Under the pieces are notes generated by a model. That model saw nothing but the letters and a program-made list of their open reading frames with translations, made no database searches and was not told where the DNA came from. 64,000 nt of DNA from a bacterium. GTDB lineage: Bacteria > Zhuqueibacterota > Zhuqueibacteria > Residuimicrobiales > Krinioviventaceae. Every line of letters starts with the position of its first letter. The first letter of the stretch is position 1. Positions 9,072 to 18,590 of this stretch are shown piece by piece. Where the stretch lies: positions 960,001-1,024,000 of the forward strand of contig CAXXMD010000003.1 of NCBI GenBank assembly GCA_963675755.2. Direction: 5' to 3'. The position numbers and the translations under genes are program-made.

Positions 9072-9764
9072 ATGGAGTACACAATGAACAAGATCAAACT
9101 CTTTACTGTTTTAATCGTTATATTTCTGGCACTTTACTCTTTTGCGCTTACTCCCGTTGAAAATCCGGATCCCCACCGGTTTGATGATGCCATACAAACC
9201 TTTATCAAATTCGATCAAAAAAACGCATTCCCCGAGAATCCCATCCTGTTCGCGGGCAGCTCCAGTATCCGCATGTGGATGAGTCACGATGCCTTTCCAG
9301 ACTTGCCCATCATAAATCGTGGATTTGGCGGCGCGCATATCTCTGATGTCAATTTTTTCATCAACGATGTTGTAATGAAATACAGTCCTAAAATCATTGT
9401 GTTTTATTGCGGAGACAATGACATCGCCGGTAAAAAGCCACCGGAACAGGTAGTTAATGATTACAAAACCTTGGTGGAAACCGTACACAAACAGTTCCCC
9501 AAAACAAAATTTGTATATGTCCCCATAAAACCCAGCATTAAACGATGGGACATGTGGCCAACAATGGAAACCACCAACAACATGATCAAAGAATATTCTG
9601 AAACATCCAAAACTTTATTTTATGTAGATATTGCTACCCCTATGTTTGGCAAAGACGGCAAACCCATGCAGGACCTGTTTCTGGATGACGGATTGCACCT
9701 GAATGAAAAGGGATATGAGCTTTGGAACAGCATTGTGGGACCCTTGCTGAAAAAAATAGATTAA
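9072..9764 (+). CDS. SGNH/GDSL-family esterase/lipase
   Basis: FAGSSS, NRGFGG, YCGDND and DGLHLN blocks; signal peptide (start may be the second Met, 9084). Confidence 0.9.
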   Translation: MEYTMNKIKLFTVLIVIFLALYSFALTPVENPDPHRFDDAIQTFIKFDQKNAFPENPILFAGSSSIRMWMSHDAFPDLPIINRGFGGAHISDVNFFINDVVMKYSPKIIVFYCGDNDIAGKKPPEQVVNDYKTLVETVHKQFPKTKFVYVPIKPSIKRWDMWPTMETTNNMIKEYSETSKTLFYVDIATPMFGKDGKPMQDLFLDDGLHLNEKGYELWNSIVGPLLKKID

Positions 9765-9777
9765 CACGGAGCCAGAT

Positions 9778-11028
9778 ATGAAAAGACGCCGGTTCATCCA
9801 AACTACAGCCATGGCTGCATTGTCGGGAGGAGTTATGCGTTGTACATCACCTGAAACTGAAACAGGACTCAGGTATGCCATATCTACACTCACCTCGGGT
9901 CCGCAGAACCATTTTTTCGGGTATTATGGCATCTGTCCCTGGAACGGCAAAGAGACAAAAATACTGTCATTACAGAGTCCTTTTCAGGACCATATGCCCG
10001 AGCCAAACGAACCGGCAGTGATTGGACTGGTGGATGCCAAGACCGGTGGGTTTTCACCCATAACCCAAACCCGCGCCTGGAACTTTCAACAGGGCGCCAT
10101 GCTGCACTGGCATCCCGCACATCTCAATTCAAAAATCCTCTTCAACGACCGTGAAAAGGATGAACTGGTCTCTGTGATTTATGATCTAAAAACATCCAAT
10201 CGTCGTGTATTACCCCGCCCCGTTAACGCAATGGGGCATCAGGGCAAACACGCCCTTTGCCTCACTTATGGACGTATGGGTCGTTTGCGTAAAGTTGTGG
10301 GTTACGCGGGCACAGTAGATCCAAATCCTAACGATCCGCACCCGGACAATGACGGTGTTTTTCTGATGGACCTTGAAACCGGTGAAACCAGACTGATTGT
10401 TTCCATCAAACAGGTGTACGAGATGCTGGTGCCTAAACATCCAGAGCTGAAAGAAAAACACATGTGGTTCAATCATGTGGTTTTTAATCCCTCCGACACC
10501 CGCTTCTTTTTTCTGGCGCGCATCCGACAAGACAATGGCAGGCTTGAGACCGGTATGTTTGCTGCGGATACGGATGGCGGAAACCTCACCGAGGTAGTGC
10601 CTTATGGCTCTAGCGTTTCCCATTTTGACTGGCGTAGTGATACCGAAATTGTAGCTACGTTTATTCACAATACCCCGGGAAGGGCACATTTTCTTTTAAC
10701 AGACGGAGATAACCATTTTGAGCATCTAGGTGGTGGTATGCTGGACTTTGACGGGCACTGCTCCTTTGGTCCCGATAAAAACTGGATGGTAACAGACCGC
10801 AATCTGGATGAAACTCTGGAAAAGTCTATAATTCTCTACAATCTCGCAACCCGTGAATACATTGAAATGGGCCGCATTAACATGCGTGATCGTCGTTTTT
10901 TCAGAGGAGACCTGCGCTGTGATCTGCATCCCCGTTGGAACCGCAGCGGCAACCAGATCTGCTTTGACGGTATTGCCAACGACGGTACCCGTCAACTGCA
11001 TCTTGTGAATTTAAATTTGGTGGCGTAA
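9778..11028 (+). CDS. Tat-exported beta-propeller protein, oligogalacturonide-lyase/TolB-like
   Basis: RRRF twin-arginine signal; HFFGYY, AWNFQQG and RCDLHPRW motifs. Confidence 0.7.
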   Translation: MKRRRFIQTTAMAALSGGVMRCTSPETETGLRYAISTLTSGPQNHFFGYYGICPWNGKETKILSLQSPFQDHMPEPNEPAVIGLVDAKTGGFSPITQTRAWNFQQGAMLHWHPAHLNSKILFNDREKDELVSVIYDLKTSNRRVLPRPVNAMGHQGKHALCLTYGRMGRLRKVVGYAGTVDPNPNDPHPDNDGVFLMDLETGETRLIVSIKQVYEMLVPKHPELKEKHMWFNHVVFNPSDTRFFFLARIRQDNGRLETGMFAADTDGGNLTEVVPYGSSVSHFDWRSDTEIVATFIHNTPGRAHFLLTDGDNHFEHLGGGMLDFDGHCSFGPDKNWMVTDRNLDETLEKSIILYNLATREYIEMGRINMRDRRFFRGDLRCDLHPRWNRSGNQICFDGIANDGTRQLHLVNLNLVA

Positions 11029-11039
11029 AGCAAAAAATT

Positions 11040-11250
11040 AACCGCTCGCTTTGCTCGATGAACACAGATAAACGCGGATAAATAAACACATTCCGGTCCT
11101 TTGATACATTTGCCCGGTACCATCAAGGTGCCGGGCAAATCACTATCTTTCATTCTTGATACAAGGCTCTGCCTTGTAACCCATGTCAACAAAAATCCCT
11201 TGATAACTAACTGGTTATGTGACAAACGTCCCAATCCAATATCCTGTGAT
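11040..11250 (+). repeat. Mosaic palindromic intergenic repeat, copy 1
   Basis: Modules GCTCGATGAACACAGATAAACGC, TACAAGGCTCTGCCTTGTAACC and TGTGACAAACGTCCCAATCCAATATCC recur in the same order at 20059-20264. It also contains hairpin ATTTGCCCGGTACC-ATCAA-GGTGCCGGGCAAAT (11108-11140). Confidence 0.8.
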
Positions 11251-11284
11251 ACTCAAATATGTATCAAGATCAAAAATTCACATT

Positions 11285-11344
11285 CCGGTTCCTGAGTTCA
11301 AAGGATTGTACCGAGGTGCAATCCTTTGAGTATCGAAGGACTGG
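11285..11344 (+). repeat. CCGGTTsCTGAGT...GTATCGAAGsACyGG palindromic element with internal hairpin
   Basis: Same arms as the reverse complement of 14525-14576, with a different inner hairpin. Confidence 0.7.
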
Positions 11345-11387
11345 ATATTCACTATCTTAACCCCATCCATCTTGATTCAGACAAAAA

Positions 11388-12155
11388 TCACTCATACCAT
11401 TCGTCAAACTTGCATGCATCCAGTTCGATAAAATATTCAGCGATCTTGGGCAGCAGGTCGTTCAGGTAGCGCTGGCCTTTTTCAAGCGTGGCTTTTTTCG
11501 GATTGCCGATACCCGTGTCCTCGGTTACCTCTGACCACTCCCGTTGTGCCCAGGCCCAGCCCTCTTGCATTGCTTTGAACTTGAACTGTTTGGCATTGCC
11601 GTCTCCGGCTTCTTCCAATGGCAAAATCAGATCCGGCGCCATCTCCATCATGATGCTGGTCTCCAGTTCTGAACCGTGATCTCCGGTATCTTCAAAGTAT
11701 TCGGATTCATCCAGTATCTTGTACCAGCTCAACATGGTAATAAACATTTCGGGTAGACGCGGCTGCAGTTCACGTAGCATCTGCTTAAAATCATTGCCGC
11801 CATGACTATTCACAATCACCACCTTGGGGATCTGCTGGTTCGCCAGTGATACGAGGATATCATAAAGTACGGCCATCTGTGTAGAGGGATTCATATTGAT
11901 GTCAAAGGGGATATCAAGTTGACCGGTATTCACCCCAAAGGGCACAGCCGGAAGCACCATCACTTTGGCACCCGCATCCCAGGCGATGCGTGCGGCCTCG
12001 GCGCAAATGTACTCGCTTTCAATCACATCGGTACCATAGGGTAAATGGAGATTGTGCGCTTCGGTGGCGCCCCACGGTAAAATAGCAACATTGTAATCCG
12101 TTGCTTTCACAGTCTTGTACTGCACTTCTTTGAGTATATATGGACGCGATTTCAA
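11388..12155 (-). CDS. Creatininase / creatinine amidohydrolase family protein
   Basis: GATEAHNLHLPYGTD, NSHGGN and DHGSELETS motifs; TTG start with AGGAG RBS. Confidence 0.92.
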   Translation of the reverse strand: MKSRPYILKEVQYKTVKATDYNVAILPWGATEAHNLHLPYGTDVIESEYICAEAARIAWDAGAKVMVLPAVPFGVNTGQLDIPFDINMNPSTQMAVLYDILVSLANQQIPKVVIVNSHGGNDFKQMLRELQPRLPEMFITMLSWYKILDESEYFEDTGDHGSELETSIMMEMAPDLILPLEEAGDGNAKQFKFKAMQEGWAWAQREWSEVTEDTGIGNPKKATLEKGQRYLNDLLPKIAEYFIELDACKFDEWYE

Positions 12156-12250
12156 ATCAGGCTCCTTTTTTTCACTATTTCATTGCATTTTAGATTGTGA
12201 AACAATATGTTAATATATCCAATTCGATATTATAATATAAGGATTTTACC

Positions 12251-13702
12251 ATGCCAAATGCAATCACTTCCCGCAGATCGTTTCTCAAATCCCTAAGTGC
12301 CGGATGTATTGGTGCGTCTCTGTTATCCATGCACTGTACAACAAAATCATCCAAACTCCCAAATTTTATCATTATTTTTTGTGACGATCTGGGTTACGGG
12401 GACGTGGGCTGCTTTGGCTCAAAACTGCATCGCACCCCCAATCTCGATGCCATGGCACAGGCCGGCACCAAATTCACCAGTTTTTATGTCTCCAGCGGTG
12501 TGTGTTCACCCTCCCGCTCCAGTCTAATGACCGGCTGCTATTCACAAAGAGTGGACATGAATATGAACGCCGAACCAGTGGGGAAAAATAAAATGCGCCA
12601 GGTTCTTTTCCCGGTTGCGAAAAAGGGACTGAATCCCAACGAGATCACCATCGCCGAGCTGCTTAAACCCAAGGGATACGCTACTGCATGCATCGGCAAG
12701 TGGCACTTGGGAGACCAGCCCGAGTTCCTGCCCACAAAACAGGGATTCGATCTCTATTATGGCATCCCCTACAGCAATGACATGGGTGCTAAACAGTTTA
12801 ATATCAATCCGCCACTCCCCCTCATGCTGAATGAAAAGGTTATAGAGGCACCGGTGGACCAAAACACCATCACCAAACGTTATACGGAAAAGGCCATAGA
12901 ATTCATTACCGAAAATAAAGATAACCCCTTTTTCCTGTACTTTCCGCACGCCATGCCGCATAATCCCGTACATGCCAGTAAAGCCTTTCAGGGAAAATCC
13001 GCCAACAATGGATACGGTGATGCCGTTGAAGAAATTGACTGGTCAACCGGCCAGATCCTAAACACTTTGAAAGAATTTGGGCTGGATGAAAACACCCTGG
13101 TAATCTTTACTTCAGACAATGGTGCGTCTCCCAGTTATGGCGGTAACAATCTACCGCTAAAAGGCTGGAAAGGCAGTACCCTGGAGGGAGGCATGCGCGT
13201 TCCCTGTATTATGAAATGGACCGGTAAAATCCCACAAAACCACGAGTGCAATGAATTGACCTCCACCATGGACCTGTTACCGACTTTATGTACATTAGCC
13301 GGAACCACACCACCGCAGGACAGGATCATTGATGGTAAAGACATCCATCCCCTTATCTTTGGCAATCCGGGAGCAAGAACTCCGCATCAGGTCTTTTATT
13401 ATTATCAAAAGGATCAACTTCAGGCCCTGCGTTCCGGTCCCTGGAAACTGCACCTGCCCCTTGAAAACAAATACAAAGCAGTGCACCTTCTTGATACCGT
13501 CCCGTCGGAACTGGAACTTTATAATCTGGAAGAGGACATTGCCGAAAGCAATAATATTGCGGATCAGCACCCCGATGTTGTTGAAATACTATTAGACATT
13601 GCTGAAAGAGCCAGACGCGAATTGGGCGACAAGGACCGACCCGGCGAACAGGTCCGCCCCGCCGGCATTGTGGTCAGCCCCAAACCCATTGTAATGGATT
13701 GA
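12251..13702 (+). CDS. Cys-type (formylglycine-dependent) sulfatase, Tat-exported
   Basis: SRRSFLK signal; DDLGYGD, CSPSRSSLMTG, GKWHLG and FTSDNG motifs. Confidence 0.93.
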   Translation: MPNAITSRRSFLKSLSAGCIGASLLSMHCTTKSSKLPNFIIIFCDDLGYGDVGCFGSKLHRTPNLDAMAQAGTKFTSFYVSSGVCSPSRSSLMTGCYSQRVDMNMNAEPVGKNKMRQVLFPVAKKGLNPNEITIAELLKPKGYATACIGKWHLGDQPEFLPTKQGFDLYYGIPYSNDMGAKQFNINPPLPLMLNEKVIEAPVDQNTITKRYTEKAIEFITENKDNPFFLYFPHAMPHNPVHASKAFQGKSANNGYGDAVEEIDWSTGQILNTLKEFGLDENTLVIFTSDNGASPSYGGNNLPLKGWKGSTLEGGMRVPCIMKWTGKIPQNHECNELTSTMDLLPTLCTLAGTTPPQDRIIDGKDIHPLIFGNPGARTPHQVFYYYQKDQLQALRSGPWKLHLPLENKYKAVHLLDTVPSELELYNLEEDIAESNNIADQHPDVVEILLDIAERARRELGDKDRPGEQVRPAGIVVSPKPIVMD

Positions 13703-13727
13703 TAAATTATTTTATCGAAAATGTATT

Positions 13728-13753
13728 GTAAGGGCGGACCTGTGTGTCCGCCC
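13728..13753 (+). repeat. REP-like palindrome
   Basis: GTAA-GGGCGGAC-CTGTGT-GTCCGCCC: GTAG-like tetranucleotide followed by a GC-rich stem. Confidence 0.55.
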
Positions 13754-13778
13754 ATTATTCTAAAAAAAGAGACCGATT

Positions 13779-14411
13779 ATGAAAAATAAACACTTCTCAA
13801 AAAAATCCTTTCTGTACATTCATCCAATTCTCTTATTTTTTTTACTATTCGCTTGTCAAAACTCGCCAAAAGAAGAACCTATTTCAAAAAATGACCACTC
13901 TCTTGAAAAGATACTATCATCTGATACTGTTATTGCAGAGCAAACAAATCTCGTTGAAAACAAAATCCCTAAAGAGGTCACTACTTTTATCCAAGAGCAA
14001 ATGAAGGAATTTAGAATCCCTGATTTGGATGATTATATTCCAGACTGGCAACAAATCACCTTAATTCAAACATCAACACCATTTCTTGAAAAAAGTGACT
14101 TTAATGGAGACGGAATAGTTGACTATATCATATTATTACTCAACAATCAAAACGAACTGGTTCTTTTTGCGTTACATACAAAACCTGAATCCCCCGGTAC
14201 TAACTTTGATCAAATTTTGATAGCCAATTATGGAAAACTCTCCGGCAAAATACAATCCGTTCTTGAAATAGAAGAAAAAGGAGTTTGGGAAACACCATTT
14301 GAAACAATAAAAATTGATAATGATGGAATAGCGGTTAATCTTATTGACGATAGTTTTACCATGCTTTATTATTGGAATGGAGATAAATATATTAGAGTAT
14401 TTATTGACTAA
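13779..14411 (+). CDS. Hypothetical lipoprotein (AT-rich), with DFNGDG FG-GAP-like loop
   Basis: Lipobox LFAC; DFNGDGIVDY motif; visibly lower GC than neighbours. Confidence 0.7.
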   Translation: MKNKHFSKKSFLYIHPILLFFLLFACQNSPKEEPISKNDHSLEKILSSDTVIAEQTNLVENKIPKEVTTFIQEQMKEFRIPDLDDYIPDWQQITLIQTSTPFLEKSDFNGDGIVDYIILLLNNQNELVLFALHTKPESPGTNFDQILIANYGKLSGKIQSVLEIEEKGVWETPFETIKIDNDGIAVNLIDDSFTMLYYWNGDKYIRVFID

Positions 14412-14524
14412 CAAATAAAAAGCAAAGAGAATAGTTCATTACAAATAAATTCCTTGTCCACAGAATAATATTGATATAGAACAAAATTGACGTCCTTTGT
14501 CCGCTGCAGGCGGCCCAGATGACG

Positions 14525-14576
14525 CCGGTGCTTCGATACACTCGTCCGAAAAAATGGACTCGCACTCAGCAACCGG
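14525..14576 (-). repeat. CCGGTTsCTGAGT...GTATCGAAGsACyGG palindromic element, second copy
   Basis: Reverse complement reads CCGGTTGCTGAGT-GCGAGTCCATTTTTTCGGACGAGT-GTATCGAAGCACCGG. Confidence 0.7.
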
Positions 14577-14679
14577 CTTGTAATTATTATCAATTTAATA
14601 TATAGTCAATAACAATTAATCCACTTAATTAGTATAAAACATTGAATTACCAGTCATATGTATTTGAAGGAGGAATAAA

Positions 14680-16119
14680 ATGATTGGATATATTTTCCAC
14701 AAAAGAACACTCTTTTTATTTATCACTTTATTAGCATTTTGCACCCTTGCAACCGCCTCAGAAAAACCGCGGGTGTTTGTGCTAACCGATATTGAAAACG
14801 AACCCGATGATGCCATGTCCATGGTGCGGTTTCTCACATATGCCAACCATTTCGACATTGAAGGATTGATTGCCACCACATCCATTCACCAGCAGAATCG
14901 TACCGCACCGCAACGCATCCGCAGGATTGTTGAGGCATACGGCAAGGTCCGTGACAACCTGGAACTGCACGAGCCCGGTTACCCCACGGGTGAACAGCTC
15001 TTGTCCGTGGTTAGCGAAGGATTACCGGAATATGGCATTGACGCTGTGGGTAAAGGCAAAGACTCGCCCGGTTCCGAAATGCTGATCAAAGCCGTGGACC
15101 GTGACGATCCGCGTCCCCTCTGGGTGACAGTCTGGGGCGGACCCAATGTGCTGGCCCAGGCATTATGGAAAGTGCGGGAAACCCGCTCCGCAAAAGAACT
15201 GGAAAAATTTGTTGCCAAATTAAGAGTATATACCATATCCGATCAGGACAATAGCGGTCCCTGGCTGCGCAAAGAGTTCCCCAACCTGTTTTACATTGCA
15301 AGCCCCGGGTTCAACGCCGGCGGCGCGTACCATCACGCAACCTGGAGCGGTATCAGCGGCGATTATTTTCACGGTCGTTTCACAGGTGCAGACTTTATGC
15401 TGGTGACCAACGAATGGCTGGACCGCAACATCCGGCGTAAAGGCCCCCTGGGCGCCGAGTATCCTTTATGGGAGTTCCTGATGGAAGGCGATACGCCGTC
15501 ATTTCTCAATCTTGTCAACAATGGCCTGAGCAATCCCGAACATCCCAATTGGGGCGGCTGGGGCGGTCGCTACGAGCTCTATACCCCGCGCATGCAAAAA
15601 TGGTTTCTTTATCCCGAAACGCGTCCCTTTTGGACTGACGCGGATGACGAAGTATTGGGCATTGACAACCGCTGGCACACCGACAATCACGCCACCATCT
15701 GGCGCTGGCGTGAAGCGTATCAGAACGATTTTTCGGCAAGAATGGACTGGACCATCAAGCCTTATGCTGAGGCCAATCATCCCCCAATCGTAAAACTGGA
15801 CCATCCCGCGCAAATAACCGCCCAAAAGGGTGATGTCATTAAACTCGCTGCCACAAACTGCAGCGACCCTGATGGCGACGCGCTGTCGTACAACTGGTTT
15901 TACTATAACGAAGCGGGTACCTTTCCGGCATCCAGCGCGCGTACAGGACAGCCGGTAGCAATTCAAAATTTTGACCAGCCGCAGGCCTGGTTTACCGTGC
16001 CCTCAAGCAGGGTCATGCCGCCGGGCACAGGCACCATGCATATCATCCTGGCTGTCACCGACCATGGCACCCCAAGGTTAACGCGCTATCAGCGGGTGAT
16101 AGTTGATGTAAAGGAATAA
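14680..16119 (+). CDS. DUF1593 (nucleoside-hydrolase-like, Sde182-type) secreted protein with C-terminal Ig/REJ-like domain
   Basis: [55 protein letters not shown] and ANHPP motifs. Confidence 0.9.
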   Translation: MIGYIFHKRTLFLFITLLAFCTLATASEKPRVFVLTDIENEPDDAMSMVRFLTYANHFDIEGLIATTSIHQQNRTAPQRIRRIVEAYGKVRDNLELHEPGYPTGEQLLSVVSEGLPEYGIDAVGKGKDSPGSEMLIKAVDRDDPRPLWVTVWGGPNVLAQALWKVRETRSAKELEKFVAKLRVYTISDQDNSGPWLRKEFPNLFYIASPGFNAGGAYHHATWSGISGDYFHGRFTGADFMLVTNEWLDRNIRRKGPLGAEYPLWEFLMEGDTPSFLNLVNNGLSNPEHPNWGGWGGRYELYTPRMQKWFLYPETRPFWTDADDEVLGIDNRWHTDNHATIWRWREAYQNDFSARMDWTIKPYAEANHPPIVKLDHPAQITAQKGDVIKLAATNCSDPDGDALSYNWFYYNEAGTFPASSARTGQPVAIQNFDQPQAWFTVPSSRVMPPGTGTMHIILAVTDHGTPRLTRYQRVIVDVKE

Positions 16120-16140
16120 AAATTATTTCAACTTTTGCAA

Positions 16141-16168
16141 TTGCCAGGCACCTTATGATGCCTGGCAA
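16141..16168. repeat. Palindrome related to the 11108-11140 hairpin
   Basis: TTGCCAGGCACC-TTAT-GATGCCTGGCAA versus TTGCCCGGTACC-ATCAA-GGTGCCGGGCAA. Confidence 0.6.
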
Positions 16169-16190
16169 AAAACACTGAAAGGACAATACC

Positions 16191-18557
16191 GTGAAACGCT
16201 ATATCCTAATATTCCTCCTCTTTGCTGCATTTCTTTCTGCCTACGGATCAGAAACGATCCTGTGGTATGAACAACCGGCAAACCAGTGGGTAAATGCCCT
16301 GCCTCTTGGTAATGGGCGGATGGGAGCGATGGTTTTTGGCGGTGTATTGAATGAGCGCCTTCAGTTAAATGAAGAAAGCCTATGGGCTGGAGAGCCGTTC
16401 GATACATATCCCGATAATTTCAAAGAGAACCTTGTACAATTACAGGATATGGTCCTTGAAGGAAAAATTGCTGAGGCCAGCGCCTTTGGTCACAAAACGA
16501 TGTTTAAAAAACCGACATCGTTCAGATCATATGAACCTCTTGCCGACCTGCAACTGGAATTTCAACACGCCCCGGAAATCACAGAATATAGACGCGATCT
16601 GGATCTGATCAGCGGCATTGCCACAGTACAGTACAAGGCCGGGGGCATTTCCTATAGACGTGAAATTCTCATATCTGCTGTTGATGATGTAATTGCTGTA
16701 CGACTCACAGCAGACAAACCGGGAGCTATCAGTACGTCGGTGACGTTGACACGAAAGAAGGATATGCTGTTGAGTACTGAAAACAATATACTCAAGATGG
16801 ACGGCCAGATAATAGATATTGAAGCACCAGAGGCATATGATGACAATGCGGGCGGATCAGGACCAGGTGGACCACACATGAAATTCGCCGGCCGGTTGAT
16901 TGTAAAAACAACAGGAGGTACTGTCAGGGCAGAAAACGACAGGCTGGTTATAGATAAAGCAGATGAAGCGCTGTTGTTGTTTACCGGAACAACGGATTAT
17001 AACCTCAAAAAAATGAATTTCGACCGATCAATAGACCCTGGTAAAACAGCAGACATTATACTAAAGAAAGCAGTAAAAAAAACGTGGAAAGAAATAAAAA
17101 CCGATCACGAAAAAGAACATCGTCCGATTATGGAACGGGTGCAACTCGATCTCGGAAAATCAGCAAACAATAATCTTTCTACGGACAAACGACTCGCTGC
17201 GTTAAAAGAAGGAACCAATGATCCCGGATTGGTGACATTGTACTTTCAATACGGACGTTATCTGCTGATGAGCGGATCACGCCGTCCTGGCTGCCTGCCT
17301 CTAAATCTACAGGGGATCTGGAACGAAGAAATGTGGGCCCCATGGGAGTCAGACTATCATCTCAACATCAATCTCCAAATGAACTATTGGCCGGTAGATA
17401 TCTGTAATCTTTCCGAAACGATCGATCCACTGGTGGACTGGTTTGAGCTTTTGATGGAGAAAGGAAAGGTTTCGGCAAGAATATTGTATGACTCGGATGG
17501 CTGGATATCCTATACAGCGACAAATCCTTTTGGAAGAACAACAGGAAGTGGATCAAATCCGGGTTCTCAGTTTCAAAATGGTTTCCTGGATCCGCTTGCA
17601 GGTGCATGGATGGCAATGACTTTGTGGCGTCATTACGAATTCACACAAGATGAAGCATTCCTGAAACAAAAGGCCTACCCAATACTCAAGGGGGCCGCCA
17701 GGTTCCTTTTGGATTACATGCGAACAGATAAAGACGGTTATCTTTTAATTGTGCCTTCCACATCACCAGAAAACGAATATATCCACCCGGAAACGAAAAA
17801 GCCCGTAAGGATAACACGAGGATCAACGTATCATATGACCCTGGTCAAGGTTGTATTTAATGCCGTAATCAGTGGATCAACAATCCTGGATACTGACCAA
17901 ACATTCAGGAGTGAGCTGGAAGCTGCTTTAAAAAAACTGCCGCCAATGATGATTAGTGCGGACGGTACGATCCAGGAATGGATAAAAGACTATCAAGAAC
18001 AAGATCCAAAGCATCGGCATGTCTCGCATCTGTTGGGGTTATATCCGTTCTCTACCATACAACCAAAACAGGAAAAGCTGTTTGCCGCAGCCCGCAAAAC
18101 ACTGGAGCGTCGTGGATTTGGCGGAGATGTTGGCTGGAGCAATGCATGGAAGACAAGTTTTTTTGCGCGACTTGGTGATCCGGAACAGGCACATTTCTAC
18201 ATCAACAGACTGATAAGCCGCAACGGATTTCCGAATCTGATGGATGCGTGCTGGCCGGGCAGGGTATTTCAGATTGATGGCAATTTCGGCGGCTCGGCAG
18301 GAATAGCCGAGATGCTGCTCCAAAGCCACGCAAACGAAATACATCTGCTGCCGGCATTACCACAGGAATGGGCAACAGGTTCAGTTCATGGTTTAAAAGC
18401 ACGCGGAGGGTTTATTGTAGATATAGAATGGAGAGATGGAATACTTTTGAAAGCAGTCATCCATTCACTTGCAGACAAACCCTGCATAGTGAGATACGGC
18501 AATAAAGTGAAGCAATTGGACCTCACAACAGGTAAAAGCACTATTGTCAAATTATGA
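16191..18557 (+). CDS. Glycoside hydrolase family 95 (alpha-L-fucosidase/L-galactosidase)
   Basis: ALPLGNGRMGAMVFGG, FQYGRYLL, NLQGIW, NINLQMNYW, HRHVSHL and FQIDGNFG motifs; GTG start. Confidence 0.95.
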   Translation: MKRYILIFLLFAAFLSAYGSETILWYEQPANQWVNALPLGNGRMGAMVFGGVLNERLQLNEESLWAGEPFDTYPDNFKENLVQLQDMVLEGKIAEASAFGHKTMFKKPTSFRSYEPLADLQLEFQHAPEITEYRRDLDLISGIATVQYKAGGISYRREILISAVDDVIAVRLTADKPGAISTSVTLTRKKDMLLSTENNILKMDGQIIDIEAPEAYDDNAGGSGPGGPHMKFAGRLIVKTTGGTVRAENDRLVIDKADEALLLFTGTTDYNLKKMNFDRSIDPGKTADIILKKAVKKTWKEIKTDHEKEHRPIMERVQLDLGKSANNNLSTDKRLAALKEGTNDPGLVTLYFQYGRYLLMSGSRRPGCLPLNLQGIWNEEMWAPWESDYHLNINLQMNYWPVDICNLSETIDPLVDWFELLMEKGKVSARILYDSDGWISYTATNPFGRTTGSGSNPGSQFQNGFLDPLAGAWMAMTLWRHYEFTQDEAFLKQKAYPILKGAARFLLDYMRTDKDGYLLIVPSTSPENEYIHPETKKPVRITRGSTYHMTLVKVVFNAVISGSTILDTDQTFRSELEAALKKLPPMMISADGTIQEWIKDYQEQDPKHRHVSHLLGLYPFSTIQPKQEKLFAAARKTLERRGFGGDVGWSNAWKTSFFARLGDPEQAHFYINRLISRNGFPNLMDACWPGRVFQIDGNFGGSAGIAEMLLQSHANEIHLLPALPQEWATGSVHGLKARGGFIVDIEWRDGILLKAVIHSLADKPCIVRYGNKVKQLDLTTGKSTIVKL

Positions 18558-18590
18558 CAAGCCGCTTGAATGTTATCCACGGAGAATTGA

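Noticed and set aside
11101-11295. Short ORFs 11101..11295 and 20109..20300 with similar peptides (TRxCLVT, RPNPIS)
   Set aside because: The similarity follows palindromic DNA modules; weak TTG starts with no RBS. Better explained as non-coding repeats.
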